Counted from the first letter of the stretch, positions 28,602-37,650 are shown. The stretch: DNA of 63,743 nt from Bacteroidales bacterium (GCA_034370405.1 JAXMKY010000112.1:1-63743), one strand, 5' to 3'. Notes: generated from the letters alone by a model not told the origin. Translations and numbers: made by a program.

Positions 28602-29837
28602 ATGAATAACCTTCTAATATTAGGTGGCGGCACAGCAGGTGCGATGATGGCAAACAAGTTACGAAAAGCCCTCGACAGGAAAGATTGGAAAATAACAATT
28701 GTTGACAAGGATAAAACCCATTATTATCAACCGGGATTCTTATTTATCCCTTTTGGTATATACAAAGAACAGGATGTAATTAAGCCAAAGGCAAAGTTTT
28801 TTCCTACCGGGGTTGAAGTGATTTTTGCTAACACTGAAAAAATCAATGCTGACGGTAACAGTGTTACGCTTGAAGGTGGGCGTATTTTAAGCTACGACTA
28901 CCTAATAATTGCCACAGGAACAGAAATACGGCCCGATCAAACTCCAGGCATGAAAGACAAGTTATGGTATAAAAACATTTTTGATTTCTATACACTGGAG
29001 GGTGCTTTGGCCTTAGAACAAGTGCTTAAAACATGGCAGGGGGGAAAATTAGTTGTGGCTATTACTGATCTTCCAATTAAGTGCCCTGTGGCACCTCTTG
29101 AGTTTGTTTTTCTGGCCGAAGCCTTTTTCACAAAAAAAAGCATGCGTAATAAAGTGGATATTACATTTGTCACACCTTTATCGGGCGCTTTCACTAAACC
29201 TATTGCTACTCAAATGCTCAGCAAGTTATTGACTACGAAGAATATCAAAGTAGTTACTGATTTTTACATTGAACGAATAGACAATGAAAAGAAAAAACTT
29301 ATTTCATACGATGAAAAAGAAATCGCATTTGATCTTCTAGCGATTGTACCATTAAATATGGGCGATAAAGTAATTGCCCGCAGTGGCTTGGGGGATGATA
29401 TGAACTATGTGCCAACTGATAAATATACCTTACAATCCAAAGCCCACAACAATATTTTTGTAATCGGAGATGCCACCGATTTACCAACATCTAAAGCAGG
29501 TTCAGTGGCTCACTTTGCGGGAGACATACTTTTTGAGAATATATTAAATACAATCAAGGGCAACTCCTTAATAGCCAGTTTCGATGGACATGCAAACTGT
29601 TTTATCGAAACCGGATATGGCAAAGGCACGTTAATAGATTTTAACTACGATACCGAACCCTTGCCAGGAGCCTATCCAGTACCAATTATTGGTCCATTTA
29701 TGCTTTTAAAGAATAACCGATTGAACCATTATGGCAAATTAATATTCAAATGGATTTATTGGTATTTCCTGCCAACAGGCAGGAAATTGCCCGTTAAATC
29801 CGAAATGACAATGTCAGGAAAACGTAAACCCAAGTGA
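28602..29837 (+). CDS. Sulfide:quinone oxidoreductase-like FAD-dependent pyridine nucleotide-disulfide oxidoreductase
   Basis: N-terminal Rossmann motif LILGGGTAGAMMA, HYYQPGF, IKCPVAPLEF and GHANCFIETG (the two Cys positions expected of SQR-family enzymes), IGDATDLPTSKAGS, and an amphipathic Trp/Tyr-rich C-terminus (FKWIYWYFLP). The ATG at 28602 places the Rossmann motif at the N-terminus; the track start at 28521 is a TTG. Confidence 0.7.
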   Translation: MNNLLILGGGTAGAMMANKLRKALDRKDWKITIVDKDKTHYYQPGFLFIPFGIYKEQDVIKPKAKFFPTGVEVIFANTEKINADGNSVTLEGGRILSYDYLIIATGTEIRPDQTPGMKDKLWYKNIFDFYTLEGALALEQVLKTWQGGKLVVAITDLPIKCPVAPLEFVFLAEAFFTKKSMRNKVDITFVTPLSGAFTKPIATQMLSKLLTTKNIKVVTDFYIERIDNEKKKLISYDEKEIAFDLLAIVPLNMGDKVIARSGLGDDMNYVPTDKYTLQSKAHNNIFVIGDATDLPTSKAGSVAHFAGDILFENILNTIKGNSLIASFDGHANCFIETGYGKGTLIDFNYDTEPLPGAYPVPIIGPFMLLKNNRLNHYGKLIFKWIYWYFLPTGRKLPVKSEMTMSGKRKPK

Positions 29838-30014
29838 CACTTTTTTGTATTAGCAAACCACGAACATTGAATTCGAAACAGAAGTGACAGGTAAACCTGA
29901 AAAGTAAAAAACGCAAGATTATGGAGTATGCCAATGAAATCATTCAGAAGCATTTGCATCAATAAATAAAACCTTTTCAAAACCAATAGCATTAACAAAC
30001 AAAACTAAAAAATT

Positions 30015-30326
30015 ATGGCTGAAAAAATTATGGCTGGCGTAACAGTTCAAGTTAACGATGAAGGTTATCTTGAAGATCCCAGCCAATGGACAAAAGAAAT
30101 TGCAATGGAGATTGCAAATGATCTCAATATTGCATTAACTGACAAGCATTTTGAAGTTCTTGACTTCTTAAGAGCAAAATACAAAGCAGGGACAACTTTA
30201 ACCATTCGTATGGTTGGCAATTCAGGTATTGTTGACATAAAAGAACTCTATAAGTTATTCCCTGCCGGACCGCTAAAGTTCTCCTCAAAAATTGCAGGAA
30301 TTCCAAAACCAACCAGTTGTGTTTAA
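30015..30326 (+). CDS. TusE/DsrC/DsvC-family sulfur-relay protein
   Basis: 103 aa with GYLEDPSQWTKEIA, LTDKHFEVLDFLR and the diagnostic C-terminus GIPKPTSCV. It has the penultimate Cys only and lacks the second DsrC-type Cys. Confidence 0.85.
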   Translation: MAEKIMAGVTVQVNDEGYLEDPSQWTKEIAMEIANDLNIALTDKHFEVLDFLRAKYKAGTTLTIRMVGNSGIVDIKELYKLFPAGPLKFSSKIAGIPKPTSCV

Positions 30327-30344
30327 CCCTTAAAAATAAATATA

Positions 30345-30851
30345 ATGAATACCGAAAAAAACGAAAAACCATTAAAAAAGGTCTGTATCATATGCGCCAA
30401 AGGAACTATTGAAGACGTGTATGCAACCCTTGTTATGGCAAATGGTGCAGTGATGGAAGGCATTGAAGCAAAGGTGTTTTTTACTTTCTTTGGCCTGGAT
30501 GCCATTACTAAAAAACAAATGAATAAGCTTCACACTGCTACTGTTGGCAATCCTGCCATGCGTATGCCGGGAGGCCTGCCATTCCCCTCATTATTAGGTG
30601 CTTTGCCAGGAGTTGAAGCGGGTGTATCTGCCATGATGAGAAGTCAGATGGAAAAACTTGATATTCCTCCGGTTGATGAGTTTTTAGAAATGATTACAGC
30701 CGGCGGAGGCGAAATATATGCCTGTAAGCTGGCTATGGATATGTTTAAGCTGGAGTTAAAAGATTTGTGGGAAGGTTGTAGTGGTGTGCTAACTATTGGC
30801 GATTTCTATGCAAAGTGTGGCGGAGAGAACACCCAGATAATTTTTACCTAA
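30345..30851 (+). CDS. DsrE/DsrF/DrsH-like family protein (COG2210-type)
   Basis: KKVCIICAKGTIEDVYATLVMANGAVMEGIEAKVFFTFFGLDAI and the conserved Cys context IYACKLAMDMF. The start is 18 nt after the tusE-like stop. Confidence 0.75.
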   Translation: MNTEKNEKPLKKVCIICAKGTIEDVYATLVMANGAVMEGIEAKVFFTFFGLDAITKKQMNKLHTATVGNPAMRMPGGLPFPSLLGALPGVEAGVSAMMRSQMEKLDIPPVDEFLEMITAGGGEIYACKLAMDMFKLELKDLWEGCSGVLTIGDFYAKCGGENTQIIFT

Positions 30852-30950
30852 AAGTATCTGCACCACTTTCCTCAGAATCCCATTGGTTTAGAATGGATTG
30901 GGTGTGGTTCCAACTTGCTTTTGATTGAGTGAGAGGAAATTGGGTCATTG

Positions 30951-31637
30951 CTAACCGTAGTTCGAGATTTTCTCCAATGTTTCTTTATCTATAATCTCGA
31001 TTTCTTTTCCGTTGATTCTTATTAGTTTGTCTTTCCTGAATTCGGACAGAGAGCGGATAACATTTTCGGTTGTTACTCCAATGTATTCAGCAATCTCACG
31101 TCGCGAAACTGGCAGTTCAAAAGTGGTATTGTTATAGATTCTATCGCTGAACATAAGTAAGATATAGGCTACTTTCCCCCTTAAATGCCGAAGGCGGATG
31201 GCCAGCGATTCAATAATGATTTTATCAGTTGTTTCGCTCATTTTTTCCATTAGGTTCATGGTAAATATTGCATTCCCCAAGGCAAGTTCCTTCAGGTCGT
31301 GCATGCTCAGGCAACAAATCACCGAATCTTCGAGCACAGAAACAGAATAATTGTAATGCGAACTTGAAAAAACACTTAACAAGCTCACAAAATCAAATGG
31401 TTCGGAAATCAAAATTATCTGGTCTTTCCCGCTGGGGGTGGTTTTATAAAGTTTAACCAAACCACTTTTCAGATAAGAAAAGTCCCTGATCTGTTCCCCT
31501 TCCCTAATGATAATCTCTCCCTTTGAAAAGTTTTTTTCGACCTTTTGATTACAAAAAGTTTCACTTTCTGGTTTATTAAAACTCTTAAAGAAAGCCGACC
31601 GCAAATCACATTTGTCACAAACACATTTTTCTTGCAT
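30951..31637 (-). CDS. Crp/Fnr-family transcriptional regulator with an N-terminal Cys cluster
   Basis: MQEKCVCDKCDLRS (C-x-C-x2-C) plus central Cys residues (VICCLS). It also has a cNMP-binding-like beta-roll and a C-terminal HTH, REIAEYIGVTTENVIRSLSEF, with the E..xR pattern of FNR-type recognition helices. Confidence 0.85.
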   Translation of the reverse strand: MQEKCVCDKCDLRSAFFKSFNKPESETFCNQKVEKNFSKGEIIIREGEQIRDFSYLKSGLVKLYKTTPSGKDQIILISEPFDFVSLLSVFSSSHYNYSVSVLEDSVICCLSMHDLKELALGNAIFTMNLMEKMSETTDKIIIESLAIRLRHLRGKVAYILLMFSDRIYNNTTFELPVSRREIAEYIGVTTENVIRSLSEFRKDKLIRINGKEIEIIDKETLEKISNYG

Positions 31638-31808
31638 AGCTGGCCTCAATAGTAACTACCATTCAATCTCAGTTTACTCTTATTTACAACAGGCAATTCA
31701 GCAATGATAACCTTTTGCTCAAATCTGGAAATATGAACGCTTTTGACAAAAGTAGGAAGAATTTACCTTATTTGGTAGTAGCCCACAAATTATTAAAGTT
31801 CAAATGGT

Positions 31809-31846
31809 TTGAAGGTCTTGAAGGTCTATTGATTATCAAATCAATA
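31809..31846. promoter_or_regulatory. Tandem 9-mer plus a 20-bp palindrome in the crp/fnr-pssA divergent region
   Basis: TTGAAGGTC occurs twice in tandem (31809-31826). It is followed directly by TATTGAT-TATCAA-ATCAATA (31827-31846), which has 7-bp inverted arms containing TTGAT/ATCAA half-sites. Confidence 0.35.
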
Positions 31847-31966
31847 TACTAAAAACCTGTTGTTAAAAGAAACCAGGACGTGCTATGTAAATTCATAAAA
31901 CTATCATCCATTGAGTATCACAAAATCAAAAGAATGACTTAGTTTTGTTTCGTAATTTCCCAACTT

Positions 31967-32707
31967 ATGAAGCACTTGGTTAAAAACATTCCAAACACTT
32001 TCACCTTATTGAATTTATTTTTGGGCTGCATCGCCGTATTCATGGCCTTTTCAGGAGCCTATACCCATGCAGCATGGTTGATAATCATAGCTGCCATTTT
32101 TGATTTCCTGGATGGCACGGCAGCCCGAATGCTGAAAGCATACAGTGAATTAGGTAAACAGCTTGATTCGCTGGCCGATTTAGTTTCGTTTGGACTGGCA
32201 CCGGCTGCTATCATGTATTCATTGCTGTCCAGTGCATCAGAATACGATACCCCGAAGGAGTTTATAGTGCAGTTGGCTGCTTTACCGGCCTTTTTAGTTG
32301 TAATTTGCTCTGCTTTACGTCTTGCAAAATTCAACTTCGATCCCTCACAATCCGAATCATTCAGAGGCCTGCCGACTCCTGCCAATGCGTTGTTTATCAT
32401 TTCGTTGCCTTTCATCCGTATGCAAACAGCCTCTGGTGAAAGTATCACCGCACTCATGGGGAGCTGGCTGGGAAACTATTATGTTCTGCTTGGCATTACT
32501 GTTTTATTGAGTCTGTTGTTGGTATCGGGCATCCCCTTGATGGGATTCAAGATTAAATCGCTCGCATGGAGTCAAAATCAATACAAGGTTATTTTTCTGT
32601 CCCTTTCGGCGATGTTGATTCTGTTGCTTGGGGTTGGCGCGGCACCTTTTGTGCTGTTGCTCTATTTCGTCTTGTCGGCAGTGGATTATCACAGGCCTAA
32701 AGCCTGA
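31967..32707 (+). CDS. pssA: CDP-diacylglycerol--serine O-phosphatidyltransferase
   Basis: IPNTFTLLNLFLGCIAV and the CDP-alcohol phosphatidyltransferase motif DFLDGTAARMLKAYSELGKQLDSLADLVSFGLAPA. Confidence 0.85.
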   Translation: MKHLVKNIPNTFTLLNLFLGCIAVFMAFSGAYTHAAWLIIIAAIFDFLDGTAARMLKAYSELGKQLDSLADLVSFGLAPAAIMYSLLSSASEYDTPKEFIVQLAALPAFLVVICSALRLAKFNFDPSQSESFRGLPTPANALFIISLPFIRMQTASGESITALMGSWLGNYYVLLGITVLLSLLLVSGIPLMGFKIKSLAWSQNQYKVIFLSLSAMLILLLGVGAAPFVLLLYFVLSAVDYHRPKA

Positions 32708-33492
32708 GGTTCAAACGCACACTCTTTTCCCAAGAAGCTGCTGAAAAGCCGGCATAACTCGTCGGGCGCATCAGCATGAACCCAGTGGCTTGCGCCTTCG
32801 ATGGTTTCGATTGTAGCGTTGGGGAAATATTTAAAGATCAACGGTTCATCTTCATCGGTAATATAATCAGAATCAGCTCCTTTGACAAAAAGTGTGGGGC
32901 CAGGGTATGCGCCTTCATGGTTGAGCCCGGCTGAAATGTCGTCAATATTTATCGTGATGCCTGCCGTATTGATGCGCCAGCCAAACATATTACGGTTTTT
33001 GCGGAAAAGGTTCTTGAGTATAAACAAGCGGATACGCCGGTTGCTGATGTGCGCCTGCAGGATTTCCTCCACTTCGCCCCGCGAAAGCGCCTGGTCGAAG
33101 TCAACGGAATTCATGGCAGCGATGATGTTTTGGTGGATACTGCTTACCGGATAAGCACGTGGGCTGATGTCCACAACCACAAGCTTTGGTACCATGAAAG
33201 GATATTCCAATGCAAAATTCATGGCTACTTTGCCCCCCATTGAATGTCCGATTAGAATAGCCTTTGTCAGTTGATTTTGGTTCATAAAACCAAGCAGGTC
33301 CTCAGTGAGGGCATAATAGTTGAAAGTGGAGCTGTGGGGCGAATGACCGTGGTTGCGCTGATCGGGGATAAATACTTCATATTCTTTTGCTAAACGTTTG
33401 GCGTGGGCTACCCAGTTATCGGAAATGCCAAAAAGTCCGTGAAGGATTATCACTGGTTGACCGGTGCCGTATTTTCTGAAGAAGAGCTCCAT
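32689..33492 (-). CDS. Alpha/beta-fold hydrolase (YbfF-like esterase)
   Basis: ILHGLFGISDNW, nucleophile elbow GHSMGG and GASHWVHADAP (catalytic His region). Confidence 0.8.
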   Translation of the reverse strand: MELFFRKYGTGQPVIILHGLFGISDNWVAHAKRLAKEYEVFIPDQRNHGHSPHSSTFNYYALTEDLLGFMNQNQLTKAILIGHSMGGKVAMNFALEYPFMVPKLVVVDISPRAYPVSSIHQNIIAAMNSVDFDQALSRGEVEEILQAHISNRRIRLFILKNLFRKNRNMFGWRINTAGITINIDDISAGLNHEGAYPGPTLFVKGADSDYITDEDEPLIFKYFPNATIETIEGASHWVHADAPDELCRLFSSFLGKECAFEPQALGL

Positions 33493-33561
33493 TTATGGGG
33501 TATTTAGTAGTGGACGGGAAGGAGAACGGTAGAATTATATAACAACGGAACAATTGAATAT

Positions 33562-33601
33562 TAGAACAATAGAACATTAGAACAATAGAACATTAGAACA
33601 T
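33562..33601. repeat. Octanucleotide tandem repeat (TAGAACAW) x5
   Basis: tagaacaa tagaacat tagaacaa tagaacat tagaacat. Degenerate GAAC-containing units flank it on both sides. It lies between the pdxJ stop and the hydrolase start. Confidence 0.9.
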
Positions 33602-33617
33602 TTGAAGTCAGAACACA

Positions 33618-34334
33618 TTAAAAACTCAATCGCTCCAGATACATTTGCACAGTGTTTTCCAGGCCGAAATATAACGCATCGCTGATCAGGGCATGGCCGA
33701 TGGAAACCTCGAGGAGGCCGGGAATGTTTTTTGCAAAAAACCTGAGATTGTCGAGGTTCAGGTCGTGGCCGGCGTTGAGGCCAATACCGGCATCGTTTAC
33801 AGCCAGCGCAGCCCCAATAAAAGGCTTGATGGCTTTATCCCGATCTAAGGAATAGTTTTTGGCATACGGTTCGGTGTACAATTCCACCCTGTCGGCGCCC
33901 AATTTGGCAGCCTGTTGTATCATGTTAGCATCGGTTTCGATAAACAAGGAGGTACAAATGCCCGCCGCCCGGAATTCAGTCAGCACATCCTTCAGGAAAT
34001 CTGCATTTTTATGTGTATCCCATCCGGCATTCGAGGTAAGTGCATCAGGAGGGTCGGGCACCAGGGTTACCTGTGTTGGTTTCACCATCAGCACCATATC
34101 AATAAACTGCCGCGAAGGGTATCCTTCGATGTTGAACTCTGTGGTAACCACGTTTTTAAGCGCAAGAACATCGCTGTAGCGGATATGCCGTTCATCGGGG
34201 CGTGGATGCACGGTAATGCCCTCGGCACCAAAACGCTCGATATCAACGGCTGCTTTAACAAGGTCGGGTATATTACCACCCCTGGCGTTGCGCAGTGTAG
34301 CAATTTTATTGATGTTTACACTTAAGCGGGTCAT
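33618..34334 (-). CDS. pdxJ: Pyridoxine 5'-phosphate synthase
   Basis: [58 protein letters not shown] and EVSIGHALI. Confidence 0.95.
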   Translation of the reverse strand: MTRLSVNINKIATLRNARGGNIPDLVKAAVDIERFGAEGITVHPRPDERHIRYSDVLALKNVVTTEFNIEGYPSRQFIDMVLMVKPTQVTLVPDPPDALTSNAGWDTHKNADFLKDVLTEFRAAGICTSLFIETDANMIQQAAKLGADRVELYTEPYAKNYSLDRDKAIKPFIGAALAVNDAGIGLNAGHDLNLDNLRFFAKNIPGLLEVSIGHALISDALYFGLENTVQMYLERLSF

Positions 34335-34418
34335 GCAATTTAAAATTAATGTACTTGCAAAATTACACTTTTGGATGGCGTGCCTCCCTGAACCATATCA
34401 TTAAACGCGCAGGTTATG

Positions 34419-34426
34419 TATCTTTG
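34419..34426 (+). promoter_or_regulatory. -7 promoter box TATCTTTG
   Basis: TAnnTTTG match 47 nt upstream of the ATG at 34473. Confidence 0.45.
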
Positions 34427-34472
34427 TGCGAATTTAGGTTAACATTGCTATCAATTATAAATATCTAACCAA

Positions 34473-35135
34473 ATGATTGCCAGGGAACTCATTACAGCAA
34501 CCATCGTACCGTTAAAAACTTCCGACACAGGCCTTGAAGCACTTAACTGGATGGACGAATACAGGGTGAGCCATATGCCAATTGTTAATAACTCTGACTT
34601 CCTTGGGCTTATTAGCGAAGAGGATATTTATGCGCTGAACAGCTATGAGGAACCTGTAGGCTCGCACCACTTATCGCTCACAAAACCCTATTTGGATGAG
34701 TCGCAGCATATTTTCGATGTATTCAGGATCATGTCGGAGTTGCAACTCACGCTTGTACCGGTGCTCGATGATAAAAATCACTACCTGGGAGTGATTACAA
34801 CGGAAGAGTTGCTGAAAAAATTTGCTTCCATTTCCTCGCTCCGAAATCCCGGAGGTGTGATCGTGCTCGAACGCAACACCAACGACTATTCACTCACCGA
34901 AATAGCCCAAATTGTTGAATCGAACGATGCCAAAGTACTCGGAATCTTCATCACCTCGAACCCCGATAGTACGCGGATGGAAATTTCGATAAAGGTGAAC
35001 CGCCTTGACCTTGGCCCCATACTTCAGACTTTTAACCGCTACAACTACATTATCAAGGCCTCATATGGCGAAGACACTTACTACGACATCCTGAAAGATC
35101 GGTATGACCTATTGATGACTTATCTAAATATCTGA
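34473..35135 (+). CDS. CBS-domain protein
   Basis: Two CBS repeats (HMPIVNNSDFLGLISEEDI; LVPVLDDKNHYLGVITTEELL) followed by a small C-terminal domain. Confidence 0.8.
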   Translation: MIARELITATIVPLKTSDTGLEALNWMDEYRVSHMPIVNNSDFLGLISEEDIYALNSYEEPVGSHHLSLTKPYLDESQHIFDVFRIMSELQLTLVPVLDDKNHYLGVITTEELLKKFASISSLRNPGGVIVLERNTNDYSLTEIAQIVESNDAKVLGIFITSNPDSTRMEISIKVNRLDLGPILQTFNRYNYIIKASYGEDTYYDILKDRYDLLMTYLNI

Positions 35136-35161
35136 TTAACAGCAATTTATTTTTTGATAAA

Positions 35162-36616
35162 ATGATCTTCTCGCAGCATTTTTCAAAAAAACCGCCAATG
35201 CTTATTACGGTCATGGCGTGGAGTTGTTTTTTATTTACTGACCTACTTATTGCCCAGTCATCGTATAAAAGCCTGCCCGAGAAGATAATTATTGGAAACA
35301 TTATTACCGAAGGCAACAAGGAGACACACGCGACAATTGTGAAACGAGAATTATTAATTACAAAAGGCGACACATTGCTGCCCGAAACCTTGATGCAACT
35401 TTTACACCGAAGCCGCGAGAACCTACTGAATACCTCTCTATTTAATTTTGTGAATATTGACACCTTACACCAGCGTGAGAATAAAGTCATTGTAGATATT
35501 CGCATCAGGTTCACCGAGCGTTGGTATCTTTGGCCTGTACCTTATGCCGAATTGGCTGACCGCAACTTGAATGAATGGTTGGATGAAAAAGACTTTTCCC
35601 GGATAAATTATGGAATCTATCTGGATCACGGCAACTTCAGAGGACGTAATGAGAAATTGCAGATCGCGGCGAAGTTGGGGTTTGATCAAAACATTGGCCT
35701 GCAATATTTTAAACCTAACATTGATTACCGGCAAACCATGGGTGTAGGAGCAGGGATTAATATAAACCGGAAACATGAACTGCCTTATGCCACCATTGAC
35801 GACAAACAAGTTTTTTATCGGGAAAACCGCCGTTATGTCTTCAAAGTCACAGAAGCCAATCTTATGTTTAATTACCGTCCGGGTATTTACAGCAGACATT
35901 CTTTATCCCTAAAATTCAGCCAATACGATCTGGCCGACACCATATTTATCCTGAATCCTGATTATTGCCGGAACCAACAGTCTTCTCAACGTTTTCTGAG
36001 CATTTCGTATGAATACCGCAGCGACCATCGCAATCTAAGATACTATCCTTTACAAGGTTATTATTTCGATCTTCAGCTTGTGAAGTACGGACTTGGGTTT
36101 CTTCAGAATTCCAGCCTGGATGTATTGTATGCAAAAACCACCTTAAAAAAATACTGGAATTTGCTGCCTCATTTGTATTTCATGGCCGGAACCACCGTTA
36201 AGATATCTTCGGCATCGTTTCAGCCATACCTGCTTCAGCAAGGGCTTGGTTATAGGTATGATTATGTGCGCGGATACGAATACTATGTAGTTGATGGACA
36301 GCATTTTGCAATGCTTCGAACCAATCTTAAATACGAATTACTTGCCCCGCGCACCTTTCGACTGCCTTTCATCCGAAACGACCGATTTGGCAAATTGCAT
36401 CTTTCGCTCTATTTGGGTTTACATTCGGATGTGGCTTGGGTGATGGATGACCAATTCCATAATAAATTTGACAACCAACTGCCTAACAAAGCTTTGTGGG
36501 GCAATGGCATAGGTTTTGACGTGGTGACATATTATGATAAGGTTATCAGGTTTGAATATTCGGCGAATAATTGGGGCGAACATGGGTTCTATGTTCATTT
36601 TCTTGCGCCGATTTAA
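35162..36616 (+). CDS. Omp85 (BamA/TamA)-family outer-membrane protein, short form
   Basis: Signal peptide, one POTRA-like unit (IGNIITEGNKETHATIVKRELLITKGDTL...) and a beta-barrel ending in an aromatic-rich C-terminus (GFYVHFLAPI). Confidence 0.65.
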   Translation: MIFSQHFSKKPPMLITVMAWSCFLFTDLLIAQSSYKSLPEKIIIGNIITEGNKETHATIVKRELLITKGDTLLPETLMQLLHRSRENLLNTSLFNFVNIDTLHQRENKVIVDIRIRFTERWYLWPVPYAELADRNLNEWLDEKDFSRINYGIYLDHGNFRGRNEKLQIAAKLGFDQNIGLQYFKPNIDYRQTMGVGAGININRKHELPYATIDDKQVFYRENRRYVFKVTEANLMFNYRPGIYSRHSLSLKFSQYDLADTIFILNPDYCRNQQSSQRFLSISYEYRSDHRNLRYYPLQGYYFDLQLVKYGLGFLQNSSLDVLYAKTTLKKYWNLLPHLYFMAGTTVKISSASFQPYLLQQGLGYRYDYVRGYEYYVVDGQHFAMLRTNLKYELLAPRTFRLPFIRNDRFGKLHLSLYLGLHSDVAWVMDDQFHNKFDNQLPNKALWGNGIGFDVVTYYDKVIRFEYSANNWGEHGFYVHFLAPI

Positions 36617-36713
36617 GTGCTGGCAGCGCCTACTATAGCGCGGGCGAATAGAATCCCATATTTTCGTAAACTTGCACATTCAATCTTGCACAACCCTTTA
36701 GATCATTCAATTA

Positions 36714-37592
36714 ATGAAAATTGCCCTCTACGGAAAAAACATTCACCCTGACGCACTAAGCTATGTGCAGGAATTGATTGATAAACTGATTGCCGCCAAC
36801 TCTGAGATTTTGTTTTATGAGCCTTTCTACCGCGTCCTTAGCCAGCAACTTGCCTGTCCTACAGATGCGCTTGTTTTCGGTGACGCCATCTCGCTCGCCA
36901 AAAAAACCGATTTGTTTATTTCATTGGGAGGCGACGGCACACTGCTCGACACCTTAACACTTGTGAAAGACTCGGGCATTCCCATTATGGGCATCAACCT
37001 CGGCAGGATGGGGTTCTTATCGAGTATATCAAAGACTGAGCTTTCGGTAGCCATTGGCCAGGTATTGGCAGGAGAATTTGTGATTGATGCCCGTTCGCTC
37101 CTGAGCCTTGAGACACCACAACATATTTTCGGCGACTTGAATTTTGCACTCAACGAGCTCACAATTAATAAAAAAGATACCACCAGCATGATACTCGTTC
37201 ATGTTTGGGTTGACGATAAGTTTCTGCATTCATACTGGGCCGATGGGCTGATCATAGCTACCCCCACCGGGTCAACGGCCTATTCACTATCGTGCAACGG
37301 GCCCATCATCACCCCCGAGTCGGCCAACTTTGTGATAACACCCATCGCCACACACAATTTAACGGTTCGTCCGGTCGTTATTCCGGATAACAGTACCATA
37401 CGCATTAGGGTTGAAGGCAGAGAGAATAAGTATCTTGTCAGCCTCGATTCACGTTCGGCTATTCTTACGCCAAACACCGACCTGGTAGTAAAGAAAGCTG
37501 AATTCAAGGTGAATCTGCTGCAACTGAAAGACCAGTATTTTTTTCGCACCATACGCGAAAAACTTAGTTGGGGCAAAGACATCCGGAATTGA
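36714..37592 (+). CDS. nadK: NAD(+) kinase
   Basis: GGDGTLL, NLGRMGFL, NELTI, DGLIIATPTGSTAYSLS and GPII motifs. Confidence 0.9.
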   Translation: MKIALYGKNIHPDALSYVQELIDKLIAANSEILFYEPFYRVLSQQLACPTDALVFGDAISLAKKTDLFISLGGDGTLLDTLTLVKDSGIPIMGINLGRMGFLSSISKTELSVAIGQVLAGEFVIDARSLLSLETPQHIFGDLNFALNELTINKKDTTSMILVHVWVDDKFLHSYWADGLIIATPTGSTAYSLSCNGPIITPESANFVITPIATHNLTVRPVVIPDNSTIRIRVEGRENKYLVSLDSRSAILTPNTDLVVKKAEFKVNLLQLKDQYFFRTIREKLSWGKDIRN

Positions 37593-37629
37593 TATCCCAC
37601 CTGCAGGCCCTGCGTAATGAGAAAATTAC

Positions 37630-37637
37630 TAATTTTG
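37630..37637 (+). promoter_or_regulatory. -7 promoter box TAATTTTG
   Basis: TAnnTTTG match 14 nt upstream of the ATG at 37651. Confidence 0.4.
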
Positions 37638-37650
37638 CGGCCTTAAATTC

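Noticed and set aside
29920-29964. 14-codon mini-ORF (MEYANEIIQKHLHQ) in the SQR-tusE spacer, and a 6-codon uORF (MIEQAK, 28491-28511) in the SQR leader
   Set aside because: ORFs this short are expected by chance in AT-rich DNA, and there is no supporting signal. I mention them only because the leader and spacer are unusually long.
33562-33601. Possibility that the 8-bp tandem repeat is a CRISPR array
   Set aside because: The units are 8 bp with no spacers, and there are no cas genes. It is a microsatellite, not a CRISPR array.
35053-35899. 153-aa and 144-aa minus-strand ORFs
   Set aside because: They are antisense to the 3' end of the CBS gene and to the Omp85-family gene. No signal, motif or promoter box supports them.
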